DNA of 64,000 nucleotides from Minisyncoccota bacterium. Its GTDB lineage: Bacteria > Patescibacteriota > Minisyncoccia > Phycocordibacterales > JAACPR01. Below, in pieces: positions 1 to 8,294 of the stretch. The notes beneath the pieces are model-generated. The model made no database searches and was not told where the DNA came from. It saw nothing but the letters and a program-made list of their open reading frames with translations. The position numbers were made by a program, and so were the translations under genes. Position 1 is the stretch's first letter. Each line of letters starts with the position of its first letter. The DNA lies in contig JBAYWG010000001.1 in the NCBI GenBank assembly GCA_041674225.1, positions 169,401 to 233,400 on the forward strand, written 5' to 3'.

Positions 1-695
1 GTTGAAGGTAGCTTATTTCTGTCGATCTGATATCCGTTCTCATGAACTCGATCAAAGACTTCCTCTCCAAACACTCGAATGAGTGTTTCAGAACTGAGCC
101 GTGAACGACCCGGCGCATCCGTCACCGTAAAGTGATAGGACTTGAGACCAGTTTTCACGATACTTGCAGCCGTAAGGTAAGCAGCAGCGAAAAGACCGTA
201 TTGAGGATCTTCATCAGTGTCTCCACCTTCTGATTCAGGCACCATCATGCGAAGTTCTTCCGCAATTTTGATATCCATCTCAGCCTGACTCCTTTGAAGA
301 ACGTAGTTATCCACCACATCTCCAAAAATAGAACTGATGATCTGCAAATCGTAACGAGCCAAAGGTGCACCAACAGCCTCCATCAAAAGATGGTAAGCTC
401 GAGGCAATGAATCGAACGCAAGTTGAACATTGTGTCCCATGGACCCTGTAGTATCAAACAGAGTTTCAAGCAACATCGCTTGCGCGACATTGAGCCGAAA
501 CCACTTTTCCAACACATGCTCAAAACGATTCCTTGAGAACCTAATTCCGCCAAATCCTTTCGGATCGACTAGTTCATGCAGACCTTTGCCTTCCCGGTGA
601 CGCTGTTTACCGATTAAGGTTGCATCGCCACCACTTCTCTTTACTTCTTCAAAAACTTCAGCAAATGCAGCCTTAGTTGGTTTATTTTCTCCCAT
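1..695 (-). CDS. vWA (von Willebrand factor A) domain protein, N-terminal 231 codons only; the C-terminus lies outside the window
   Basis: Hand translation from ATG 695..693 stays open to nt 1. It is absent from the ORF track because there is no stop in the window. Sequence: MGENKPTKAAF...LFDTTGSMGHN...SIFGD...GGDTDEDPQYG. A DxTxS MIDAS-type motif followed by GGxT fits a vWA fold. Confidence 0.55.
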   Translation of the reverse strand, partial: MGENKPTKAAFAEVFEEVKRSGGDATLIGKQRHREGKGLHELVDPKGFGGIRFSRNRFEHVLEKWFRLNVAQAMLLETLFDTTGSMGHNVQLAFDSLPRAYHLLMEAVGAPLARYDLQIISSIFGDVVDNYVLQRSQAEMDIKIAEELRMMVPESEGGDTDEDPQYGLFAAAYLTAASIVKTGLKSYHFTVTDAPGRSRLSSETLIRVFGEEVFDRVHENGYQIDRNKLPS

Positions 696-731
696 AATTT
701 TATTTTTGGTTTTTGGTTTGTTTTTGTATAT

Positions 732-1556
732 TCACGGCAGGATAGAATAAGCCGTAAAATTATGAAATCCAGAAGGCCAGAGTTCAAGTACTGTTGTGTA
801 AAATTGCGTATGCGCTTTTCCAGCATCAGACTCGACACCCTTAGTAAACTTCATGAGAAGTTTTTCATAGACATCACTGCCACCGTATTGATCATCAGCT
901 GGAAGTTTTCCAGTTTTCAAATCTCCACCTAGTGCAGTGATTGTAAGTTGTGCAGCTCGTGCAATCTGTTCAGAAACCCTTTTAGGTTCCAAAACCATGT
1001 TTGAAACAATTGAATTGCTCCAATCAAAAACAACAACACGATGGTTGTCTCGATTGATTAGAACATTGTCTCCACTGAACTGAACACTCACACCAATGTT
1101 GCATGCAAAATCAAGAAGCTTAAGTTGCTTCCCCATAATCCATACACTTGTTTTGGGATCTACACGAATTTTCTCACGAGCAGAAAGATGACCGAGTGGC
1201 ACAAGGTCACTCAGACTTTTCGCTACTCTTGATAAATCCAAGATAAGAACGTTTCTGTCTCCCTGCTCCTTCGAAATAAAACTTTCGAGAAGAAAAGGGA
1301 AAGACTTGTCGTACTGAAACGTATTTTCTGGATCAATTCTTTCGACACCATCCTGCAGAGTTTGCAGAACAAATGCCTCTAGATCAAGTTTTCCATTGTG
1401 CGTCTTTTCACGAGCAATCTTCAGGATTCCGGGTTTACAATCTTCCAGAATACACTCGTAAAGGGTAAAACTTTCTGTTTGACCCAAACGCTCACCAACT
1501 TCGTACTGAGCCGTGGGGCTTTGTATAAACTGAGCCGTAAAAGGTTTAGTTTTCAT
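732..1556 (-). CDS. atypical protein-kinase-like fold protein
   Basis: 274-aa ORF ending 36 nt upstream of the vWA gene start. The motif order is kinase-like: YEVGERLGQTESFTLYE (Gly-loop-like), GILKIARE (VAIK-like Lys), LEAFVLQ (helix-C Glu), SGDNVLIN (catalytic D-x4-N), VVFDWSNS (DFG-like). There is no HRD His. Confidence 0.5.
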   Translation of the reverse strand: MKTKPFTAQFIQSPTAQYEVGERLGQTESFTLYECILEDCKPGILKIAREKTHNGKLDLEAFVLQTLQDGVERIDPENTFQYDKSFPFLLESFISKEQGDRNVLILDLSRVAKSLSDLVPLGHLSAREKIRVDPKTSVWIMGKQLKLLDFACNIGVSVQFSGDNVLINRDNHRVVVFDWSNSIVSNMVLEPKRVSEQIARAAQLTITALGGDLKTGKLPADDQYGGSDVYEKLLMKFTKGVESDAGKAHTQFYTTVLELWPSGFHNFTAYSILP

Positions 1557-1645
1557 TGAGTTTTTGATTCTTTGGTTGATTATTAAAGATCTATTTTTAG
1601 GTTAAATTTTAGCTCTTTATATATATAAAATGGTGTTTTGTCAAT

Positions 1646-2929
1646 ATGAGCCATATCACAAAAAATAAACAATATGCTACGATACCAGCAATGAGCGCGG
1701 ATGTATGGGATGTAATAGTAATAGGTGGCGGACCAGCCGGAATGATGGCGGCGGGTCGTGCTGCAGAGCGAGGAAAAAAAGTCCTACTAATAGAGAAAAA
1801 TGATTCGCTTGGAAAAAAACTACTTATCACAGGAGGTGGTCGTTGTAATGTGACAAATGCAGAGCTCGACACCAGAAAATTATTATCAAAATTCAAAGAC
1901 GGAGGAAAATTTCTTTTTTCATCTTTTGCAGAATGGAATGTGCAAAATACTTTGGATTTTTTTCATACTAGAAATATGCCAACTAAAATTGAAAAAGAAT
2001 TGCGCGTCTTCCCTGTTTCCGACAAAGCACAATCAGTTTGGAATGTTTTAGTTGATTATATTAAAAAAAATAAAGTCACAATTCTTTCTGATTCCCCTGT
2101 TTCAGATTTTGTTTTAGAAGACGGAAAAATAGTTGGGGTGAAAGTGAAAAAAGATATTATCAAAGGTAAAAGTTTTATCCTGGCCACAGGAGGAACATCT
2201 AGACCGGAAACAGGTTCTACAGGTGACGGTTTCAAATGGCTTAAAAAAATTGGTCACACTGTAATAGAACCGGTTCCTTCTCTTGTGCCAATCGCCGCAA
2301 AAGATATTTGGATAAAAAGATTGTCTGGTGTGAGTCTGAATGACATAAAATTAACAGTCACACAAAACGGCGAGAAACAAAGTGTTCAAAAAGGAAGAAT
2401 TCTTTTTACTCATGTCGGCATTAGTGGACCAACAATTTTAAATATGTCCAAAGATATCGGTGAACTTCTGAAATATGGAGAGGTAAAAATTCTTTTGGAT
2501 CTTTTGCCAAATCATGATCACGCCAAATTAAATTCTACTCTTCAAGAAATTTTTAAAGAGAACGACAAAAAGAATTTCAAAAATTCCCTTTCAGGATTAA
2601 TTCCTTCTGCAATGATTCCAATAATTACTGAACTTTCAAAAATAGATCCGGATATCAAATGCAACAGCATCACTCGAGAATCACGAATGAAATTGATTGA
2701 ACTTCTAAAAAATATTCCACTAAATGTGCATAAATTACTTGGGGTTGATAAAGCAATTATTTCAAGCGGTGGAGTTTTACTCGACGAAGTAGATTTCAAA
2801 ACAATGTCATCGAGAATTTACCCGAATCTATTTTTAATTGGAGACATTCTAAACATCGACAGACCGAGTGGTGGCTATAGTTTGCAGTTGTGTTGGACAA
2901 CGGGTTTTGTCGCTGGGAATTCTATTTAA
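1646..2929 (+). CDS. HI0933/BaiN-family NAD(P)/FAD-dependent oxidoreductase
   Basis: The dinucleotide fold DVIVIGGGPAGMMAAGRAAERGKKVLLIEK is followed by ITGGGRCNVTN, the hallmark of HI0933-like flavoproteins. An alternative start is ATG 1691. Confidence 0.85.
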   Translation: MSHITKNKQYATIPAMSADVWDVIVIGGGPAGMMAAGRAAERGKKVLLIEKNDSLGKKLLITGGGRCNVTNAELDTRKLLSKFKDGGKFLFSSFAEWNVQNTLDFFHTRNMPTKIEKELRVFPVSDKAQSVWNVLVDYIKKNKVTILSDSPVSDFVLEDGKIVGVKVKKDIIKGKSFILATGGTSRPETGSTGDGFKWLKKIGHTVIEPVPSLVPIAAKDIWIKRLSGVSLNDIKLTVTQNGEKQSVQKGRILFTHVGISGPTILNMSKDIGELLKYGEVKILLDLLPNHDHAKLNSTLQEIFKENDKKNFKNSLSGLIPSAMIPIITELSKIDPDIKCNSITRESRMKLIELLKNIPLNVHKLLGVDKAIISSGGVLLDEVDFKTMSSRIYPNLFLIGDILNIDRPSGGYSLQLCWTTGFVAGNSI

Positions 2930-2961
2930 TAAAGAAAACTCACACGAATGTGAGGGTGACT

Positions 2962-3213
2962 TTAGCGCAAAAAATCTTGCACTAAAACCAAAAGATCTGA
3001 TTCGACTTTTTCAGGATTACTTGCGCAACGCAAAATTTCCCCAAGTGAAACGATAGCGACAGCCTGACCTTCCGACCAGACTTTCATAACTGCCTTGCCT
3101 TTCGAATCAAGGATATTGTATCCGCCGCCTTCTCCACCTTTCCACGAATGGTCGGTGGCAGACAGAATGCATTCCACCAACTCTAAATGTTCCAATTGAT
3201 TTTTAGTTCTCAT
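2962..3213 (-). CDS. hypothetical small protein
   Basis: 83-aa ORF filling the gap downstream of the hydrolase gene on the same strand. No recognisable motif; it may be non-coding. Confidence 0.3.
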   Translation of the reverse strand: MRTKNQLEHLELVECILSATDHSWKGGEGGGYNILDSKGKAVMKVWSEGQAVAIVSLGEILRCASNPEKVESDLLVLVQDFLR

Positions 3214-3253
3214 TTAAAACCAACCTACAACAAAATTTACAGAAAGTGAATAG

Positions 3254-3811
3254 CTATATATTTTTCACAAACATTTTTTCTAACTCCTCCAAAACTTCAG
3301 GAAGTTTTTTCCAACCAGCAGATCCATTCAAGTGAACTCCGTTCGGGATAATAATAGGTTCTTTGTCTAATTTGTCTCCAAGTTTATAAGCATTTTCTAC
3401 AACAACCAAAGTGTCATTATCTCCATGAATTATCGACACGTCTTTTAGATTTGATTTTATAATTTCAAAATCAAAGTCTTTATAAAAATTTTCAGTAAGC
3501 GGGTTATTTGATTTTTCAAATCTACCTGCAACCAGAACTGCTCCCGGAAAACTTTTATCAGAATTTTGCAGATAATTTAAAATAGCAGCAACACCTAAAC
3601 TATGCCCAACAAAATATATTTCATCATTTTTATTTAAACCCACATGTCTAGAAATTTCATTAACCCACTCTGAACATATCGGAGCCTCTGGATTTGGCAT
3701 AGCCAAAGAACAGGCGTATACATCTTTTAATTTTAATTCCCCCATAAGCCAAGGAATCCAACTACTGTTTGGGCAACTATTAAAACCATGAATTATAAAT
3801 ACTTTTTTCAT
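3254..3811 (-). CDS. small alpha/beta serine hydrolase (YdeN/RBBP9-like)
   Basis: 185 aa with KVFIIHGF at the N-terminus, the nucleophile elbow GHSLG and IHGDNDTLV. The size and motif order match the small Ser-hydrolase family. Confidence 0.75.
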   Translation of the reverse strand: MKKVFIIHGFNSCPNSSWIPWLMGELKLKDVYACSLAMPNPEAPICSEWVNEISRHVGLNKNDEIYFVGHSLGVAAILNYLQNSDKSFPGAVLVAGRFEKSNNPLTENFYKDFDFEIIKSNLKDVSIIHGDNDTLVVVENAYKLGDKLDKEPIIIPNGVHLNGSAGWKKLPEVLEELEKMFVKNI

Positions 3812-3872
3812 AAAAATAGTTTAACACAAACAAAAAAAGCCTTGAAACAAGACCCCTTTTGTTTTTTATAAA

Positions 3873-4013
3873 TTACTTTCCGTTAAGAGCCTTTTTTCGA
3901 GCTGCTGGTTTTAATGCTTTGATTCTTAGCATTTCCTTCTTTTTTGCAATTCGTGTTGGGCCTCTCTTAATAAAGCTTGTCTTTGCTTTGATTGATCCTG
4001 ATCTTTTTGCCAT
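3873..4013 (-). CDS. small highly basic protein (46 aa), family unassigned
   Basis: Below the ORF-track size cutoff. ATG 4013..4011 to TAA 3875..3873 gives MAKRSGSIKAKTSFIKRGPTRIAKKKEMLRIKALKPAARKKALNGK. The composition is ribosomal-protein-like, but I cannot match it to a named family. Confidence 0.35.
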   Translation of the reverse strand: MAKRSGSIKAKTSFIKRGPTRIAKKKEMLRIKALKPAARKKALNGK

Positions 4014-4059
4014 AGGTAAATGAGTATATATTAAATTTAATTAAAATGCCACAGCGGGT

Positions 4060-4605
4060 TTAATTACGAACTTTTTCAGGAGACAAGAAAGTGAGTGCCA
4101 TTTCAATCCCTCTCATTTCACCCTTTAAACCTAGAGCAGTTTTTTGAGTCTCTTCGAATGTGTCTAAAGAACCTCCCGCTGGCACATTTTCTTTACCACC
4201 ATAACTTTCAATTTGAGCTTCTCTGTTGTAACGAACATCCGGTGCAGCAATAAGTCTTTCCTGCATTTTTATAATAGAAGCATACAAATTATTCAAACCA
4301 GCACCGCCTCCTGTTTGCTCAAACAATTCAAAAATTGATTTTACATTCACTTCAAATGCAGATAATTTTTTAAGCAATTCCGCAAACGCTTTTCTATGTA
4401 TCATATCGCTATAGACATTTCCATCAGTATAATTATGCGGACTCGTCATCTCAAACTGATGCAAAGCCGGCGCCACTTCTTTTTCAAATTCTTTTGTTAT
4501 TCCTTCCAAAACTTCAATTCTTTCGTTCAAGCTCTCAAATGACTCAGCCTTTGCTGGCTCTAATTCTTGTGGTAATTGATCTCTGCCAAATTTAAAGTTT
4601 TCCAT
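4060..4605 (-). CDS. hypothetical protein
   Basis: 181-aa ORF in the co-directional gene string. No recognised motif. Confidence 0.5.
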   Translation of the reverse strand: MENFKFGRDQLPQELEPAKAESFESLNERIEVLEGITKEFEKEVAPALHQFEMTSPHNYTDGNVYSDMIHRKAFAELLKKLSAFEVNVKSIFELFEQTGGGAGLNNLYASIIKMQERLIAAPDVRYNREAQIESYGGKENVPAGGSLDTFEETQKTALGLKGEMRGIEMALTFLSPEKVRN

Positions 4606-4624
4606 AATCGAATTATATTATGTT

Positions 4625-5170
4625 TTACTTATTCCACAACGGCTTTTTCTTTAAAGTTTTAGCGTAAATTGGGCAGTCTTTTGTATGTGCTCTAGGCAAA
4701 ATTCCGATACTCATCAAAAATTCATTCACTATTTCCCCGCCGGTAAATTTAAAAGTTTTCTTAAACAATTTCACCCATTCATCTTTTGTTTTGGGGTGAT
4801 TTATTTTTAACCAATTCTCAAAACTTTCAAAATCTTTTTGAATTTGAATAATTGTTTTTGCGTTTTCAATTGCTGCATTTATTTTTAGTCTATTGCGAAT
4901 AATTCCAGCATCATTCATAAGTCGCATTCTATCTTTCTCTGTATATTTCGCAATTTTTTTAATATCAAAATTACTATACGCTTTTCGAAAGGTTTCTTCT
5001 TTTTTCAAAATAGTTTCCCAACTCAAACCAGCTTGATTGATTTCTAAAATTAATCGACAAAATAATTCATTATCATCATGAATTGGAAAACCATACTGAG
5101 TATCGTGATATTTTTTGTGAATATTTTTCTTCGCTTCTGGAGCGGTGAGTATAAATTGACAGTATGACAT
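4625..5170 (-). CDS. tag: DNA-3-methyladenine glycosylase I
   Basis: YHDTQYGFP...ELFCRLILEINQAGLSWETILKK...GIIRNRLKINA matches the Tag family. The start is moved to ATG 5170 (MSYCQF). The GTG extension to 5242 crosses a terminator hairpin and overlaps the upstream gene. Confidence 0.85.
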   Translation of the reverse strand: MSYCQFILTAPEAKKNIHKKYHDTQYGFPIHDDNELFCRLILEINQAGLSWETILKKEETFRKAYSNFDIKKIAKYTEKDRMRLMNDAGIIRNRLKINAAIENAKTIIQIQKDFESFENWLKINHPKTKDEWVKLFKKTFKFTGGEIVNEFLMSIGILPRAHTKDCPIYAKTLKKKPLWNK

Positions 5171-5191
5171 TACTAGATTGTAACAAAAAAT

Positions 5192-5224
5192 AAAAAAGAC
5201 CCCATCCAAAATTGGACGGGTCTT
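5192..5224 (-). terminator. rho-independent terminator after the PilC-like gene
   Basis: Minus strand reads AAGACCCGTCCAA-TT-TTGGATGGGGTCTT followed by TTTTATTTTTT. Confidence 0.6.
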
Positions 5225-5238
5225 ATTATAGAACAATA

Positions 5239-6066
5239 TCACACGGGGAGACCGGACTTTTGATACCCCTTGAGTATCAATTCCCTACATCGATTGAATG
5301 ATTTTTCAAAATCACCACTCAATTCTCCATCTTTCATAATTGAGATAAAGTGAGGTGGAAAATATTGAGTCCTGGTAGAAATTATTTCAGAGAAACTCTT
5401 CGTTTTAGTCTCTTCAGACATTCCCCAAAAAACCTCCGCGGCTTCAAAATTTTGTTTTGATTCAAACCAATAACCAAGATAGGAAAAAATTCTTTTAGGG
5501 TTGACGCGTTGATGAACCAGCATTCCGCCTATTTCAGTAAAAACATAAGCAAAATCGTCTTGAAGGTTTTTGTTTGGTTGAAATTTACCCAACACAGACA
5601 AAACTTCAACCAGATTTCCCATTTCTTCGCCAACGGTCAACGCCAATAATTCATAGGCCGGAACTTTTTCATTAAAAGCAATTGAGAATGAATCTCCTGC
5701 CCTGATTTTGTCATAGACTTCGATTAGAAGGGCTTTATGTTCTTCGAAAGAAACCTTTTCACTAATGAGCTTCAGGTTGGTCAGGATTGGTACATCCGAC
5801 CTAATTCCTTCGGCAATCAGGTTATACATTTTCCTCCGATCTTGATCCAGATCTTTTTCTCTAACCAGTTTTTGAAGATGATAGCTGATAAGAGGTCCTT
5901 GTGAATGATCTTCCAAACCTTCTTGGGAGATCTCGGTAACCGATGTCGGGTAAATAGACTTAGACCTCAAAGCTTCACAGACCTTGTCCATATCCTCCGC
6001 ATCCATTATTCCTTCCACCAAACCACCTCCATCGGATTTAAATCCAGTATATTTGAATCTTTTCAT
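5239..6066 (-). CDS. soluble PilC/GspF-like protein (T2SS-F domain, no transmembrane helices)
   Basis: The N-terminus FKYTGFKSDGGGLVEGIMDAEDMDKVCEALRSKSIYPTSVTEI matches the GspF/PilC N-terminal pattern. The stretches IRSDVPILTNL...IRAGDSFSIAF...VGEEMGNLVEVL and FPPHFISIMKDGELSGDFEKSF resemble T2SSF cytoplasmic domains. I saw no 20-aa hydrophobic stretch. Confidence 0.5.
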   Translation of the reverse strand: MKRFKYTGFKSDGGGLVEGIMDAEDMDKVCEALRSKSIYPTSVTEISQEGLEDHSQGPLISYHLQKLVREKDLDQDRRKMYNLIAEGIRSDVPILTNLKLISEKVSFEEHKALLIEVYDKIRAGDSFSIAFNEKVPAYELLALTVGEEMGNLVEVLSVLGKFQPNKNLQDDFAYVFTEIGGMLVHQRVNPKRIFSYLGYWFESKQNFEAAEVFWGMSEETKTKSFSEIISTRTQYFPPHFISIMKDGELSGDFEKSFNRCRELILKGYQKSGLPV

Positions 6067-6257
6067 CTGTTTTCTCTATATTTGATTATTTCTTTACTTA
6101 AAGGTAGCCACTTGGAAACCTATTTCAATTTTGAGGTTAAACCTTTTGTAAGTGGTCGTCAAGGATTGAAATCAAATCCACTGAACCATTAAAGCAACTG
6201 GTCTTTGGCTTCAAAATATGTAATATAGTGCCAGAACAGAACTTCGCATAATAAAAA

Positions 6258-6938
6258 ATGATAAACCTAGAAGAATTAAACTCCGAATTGGAGGTTTTAC
6301 CACCGACAGACATTGTCCGTCACGCATTCAAAAACTTATTTGGAGACAGGCTTGTAGTAGCGTCTTCTTTTGGTGCTGACTCTGCTGTCATGCTTCACAT
6401 GGCAACACAAATCAATCCTCGGATACGAGTAATAATGATCGATACTGGATATCTTTTTCCGGAGACTCACGAGTATGTAATTACGCTTAAAGAAAGATTA
6501 AAGCTCAATCTGCACGTGTTTTATGGAAAAGAAACTCCCGAGGAGATGGAACGCAACCATGGGCAGCTTTGGGAATATGGTGAGGAAGGATTAAGCCTCT
6601 ACCACTCAATTCGAAAAGTTGAACCACTCAGGAGAGCGATTCAACAATTGAAAGTGAAAGGTATCCTCCATGGAGTCAGAAGAGATCAGACGGAACATCG
6701 TTCAAATTTGAACGTTATTGAAAGAGGATATGATGGAACATTCAAAATTCATCCGATTCTGAAATGGACTTCGCGAGATATTCGCAGCTACAATAAGACT
6801 CACAACCTACCGGAACATCCACTGTTTCTTCAAGGTTACGAATCAATTGGTGACATTCATAGCACAAAACCAGGTGAACGCCGCAGTGATCGAGATCTCG
6901 GAGAGAGTGATGAATGTGGGATAAATTATCAGATTTGA
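6258..6938 (+). CDS. cysH: phosphoadenosine phosphosulfate (PAPS) reductase
   Basis: PP-loop-type VVASSFGADSAVMLHM, then IDTGYLFPETHEY, and a C-terminal SDECGINYQI that matches the ECG(L/I)H-type redox Cys tail of CysH. Confidence 0.8.
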   Translation: MINLEELNSELEVLPPTDIVRHAFKNLFGDRLVVASSFGADSAVMLHMATQINPRIRVIMIDTGYLFPETHEYVITLKERLKLNLHVFYGKETPEEMERNHGQLWEYGEEGLSLYHSIRKVEPLRRAIQQLKVKGILHGVRRDQTEHRSNLNVIERGYDGTFKIHPILKWTSRDIRSYNKTHNLPEHPLFLQGYESIGDIHSTKPGERRSDRDLGESDECGINYQI

Positions 6939-6961
6939 TTTGTGATTCAATTTCACAAATC

Positions 6962-6992
6962 AAAAAGCGCACGACTTCGTCGTGCGCTTTTT
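6962..6992. terminator. bidirectional terminator between convergent cysH and the yvlD-like gene
   Basis: AAAAAGCGCACGAC-TTC-GTCGTGCGCTTTTT, with A- and T-runs on both sides. Confidence 0.7.
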
Positions 6993-7005
6993 TTCTTTTT
7001 AATTT

Positions 7006-7341
7006 TTATTTATCCCCTTTCCCAAACACCATCGAAATCAGAGCAAGCAAAACTCCAAAGAATAAAGCTGACCAAAATCCTGCAACTTCAAATCCAGACA
7101 CAACGTAATCAGTTAGCATCACCATTAATGCAGTGATCACCAATGAGAAAAGTCCCAAGGTCACAATGTTTATCGGCAAAGTTAAAATTGTAATTATAGG
7201 TCTTACAAAAGTGTTAACGATTGCTAAAACTACAGCTACAATAAGTGCGGTAAAGAAACCACCAACAAAAACTCCTGGTAACAAATATGCGGCAATTATC
7301 ACAGCAAGTGCGGACAAAATAAGATTAATTATTATTTTCAT
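7006..7341 (-). CDS. YvlD/phage-holin-4-2 family small membrane protein
   Basis: 111 aa with about four hydrophobic helices. FVRPIITILTLPINIVTLGLF is typical of the DUF360/YvlD family. Confidence 0.7.
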   Translation of the reverse strand: MKIIINLILSALAVIIAAYLLPGVFVGGFFTALIVAVVLAIVNTFVRPIITILTLPINIVTLGLFSLVITALMVMLTDYVVSGFEVAGFWSALFFGVLLALISMVFGKGDK

Positions 7342-7433
7342 ATTGTTTATATTATTGATTAATTAGTTATATATCCATTATAGCAAATTTAAACCATATA
7401 ACTTTTATCTCCAAAATATAATAGAATACAACT

Positions 7434-8294
7434 ATGCAAATAAAACGCCTTCTAAAAATAAGCCGACCGAGATTTTGGATTTATGAAATAGGTCCTTATA
7501 TTGTAGGAATTGCAGCAGCAGCGGGTATAACACTGAACGCGTGGCTTTTAATCCCCGCGATCATATTTTTCTTTTTTTTCACATATCCAGCAAATATTTT
7601 TATCTACGGAATTAATGACATTTTTGATTACGAAACAGATAAATTAAATCCAAAAAAAATATCCTACGAATCTCTTGTAATGCCGGAAGAGTGGCCAAAG
7701 CTTTGGAAAAATATTATTTTGTTTTGTGCGCCTTTTTTAGTCTATGGATTTTTTGTTTTAAATATTCAAAGCTTCATCGCGCTTCTGGCTTTCTTTTTCT
7801 TTGCGGGATTTTATTCATCTACACCGATCCGTGCAAAAGCTCGTCCTTTTTTAGACAGTATTTTTAGTGCAGGACATTATGTTGCTACAGCCGTGTTTTC
7901 ATATTTGATGATTAATTATTTTTTAAATCAAGAAATTACTTGGGTTAATCTCGCGATTGGCACACTTGCAGGAATGTTTTGGGCTATAGCTATGCATGCA
8001 TATTCCGCAGTTCCGGATATTCAAGCAGACAGAGATGCAAAACTAGAAACCATTGCTACAAAGTTAGAAAAAAATAAAACAATAATTTTATGCTCAGTTC
8101 TTTATGCACTTTCTGGAATTCTTGCTTTCAAATTTTTAGGGATAGTCAGCATTATCCTTTCACTTGTTTATGTTGTATTTATGATCAAATCAATCAAAAC
8201 AACAGACGAACAACTTTTCAAAATTTATACTTATTTCCCAAAAATAAATTCTCTTTCAGGAATGATTATTTTCTTTTCAGTTTTACTTAATTAG
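7434..8294 (+). CDS. UbiA-family prenyltransferase, lycopene-elongase-like (CrtEb/LyeJ type)
   Basis: The N-terminal SRPRFWIYEIGPY and the Asp-rich NDIFDYETDKLNPKK are UbiA motifs. The protein is polytopic and its gene converges on crtI with a 4-nt overlap. Confidence 0.6.
   Translation: MQIKRLLKISRPRFWIYEIGPYIVGIAAAAGITLNAWLLIPAIIFFFFFTYPANIFIYGINDIFDYETDKLNPKKISYESLVMPEEWPKLWKNIILFCAPFLVYGFFVLNIQSFIALLAFFFFAGFYSSTPIRAKARPFLDSIFSAGHYVATAVFSYLMINYFLNQEITWVNLAIGTLAGMFWAIAMHAYSAVPDIQADRDAKLETIATKLEKNKTIILCSVLYALSGILAFKFLGIVSIILSLVYVVFMIKSIKTTDEQLFKIYTYFPKINSLSGMIIFFSVLLN

Noticed and set aside
6067-6257. Possible riboswitch (for example SAM-I/S-box) in the 190-nt divergent region upstream of cysH. 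Small hairpins are visible, such as GGATTGAAATCAAATCC.
   Set aside because: I could recognise no conserved riboswitch core sequence. The hairpins are short and AT-rich. An Infernal scan would be needed.
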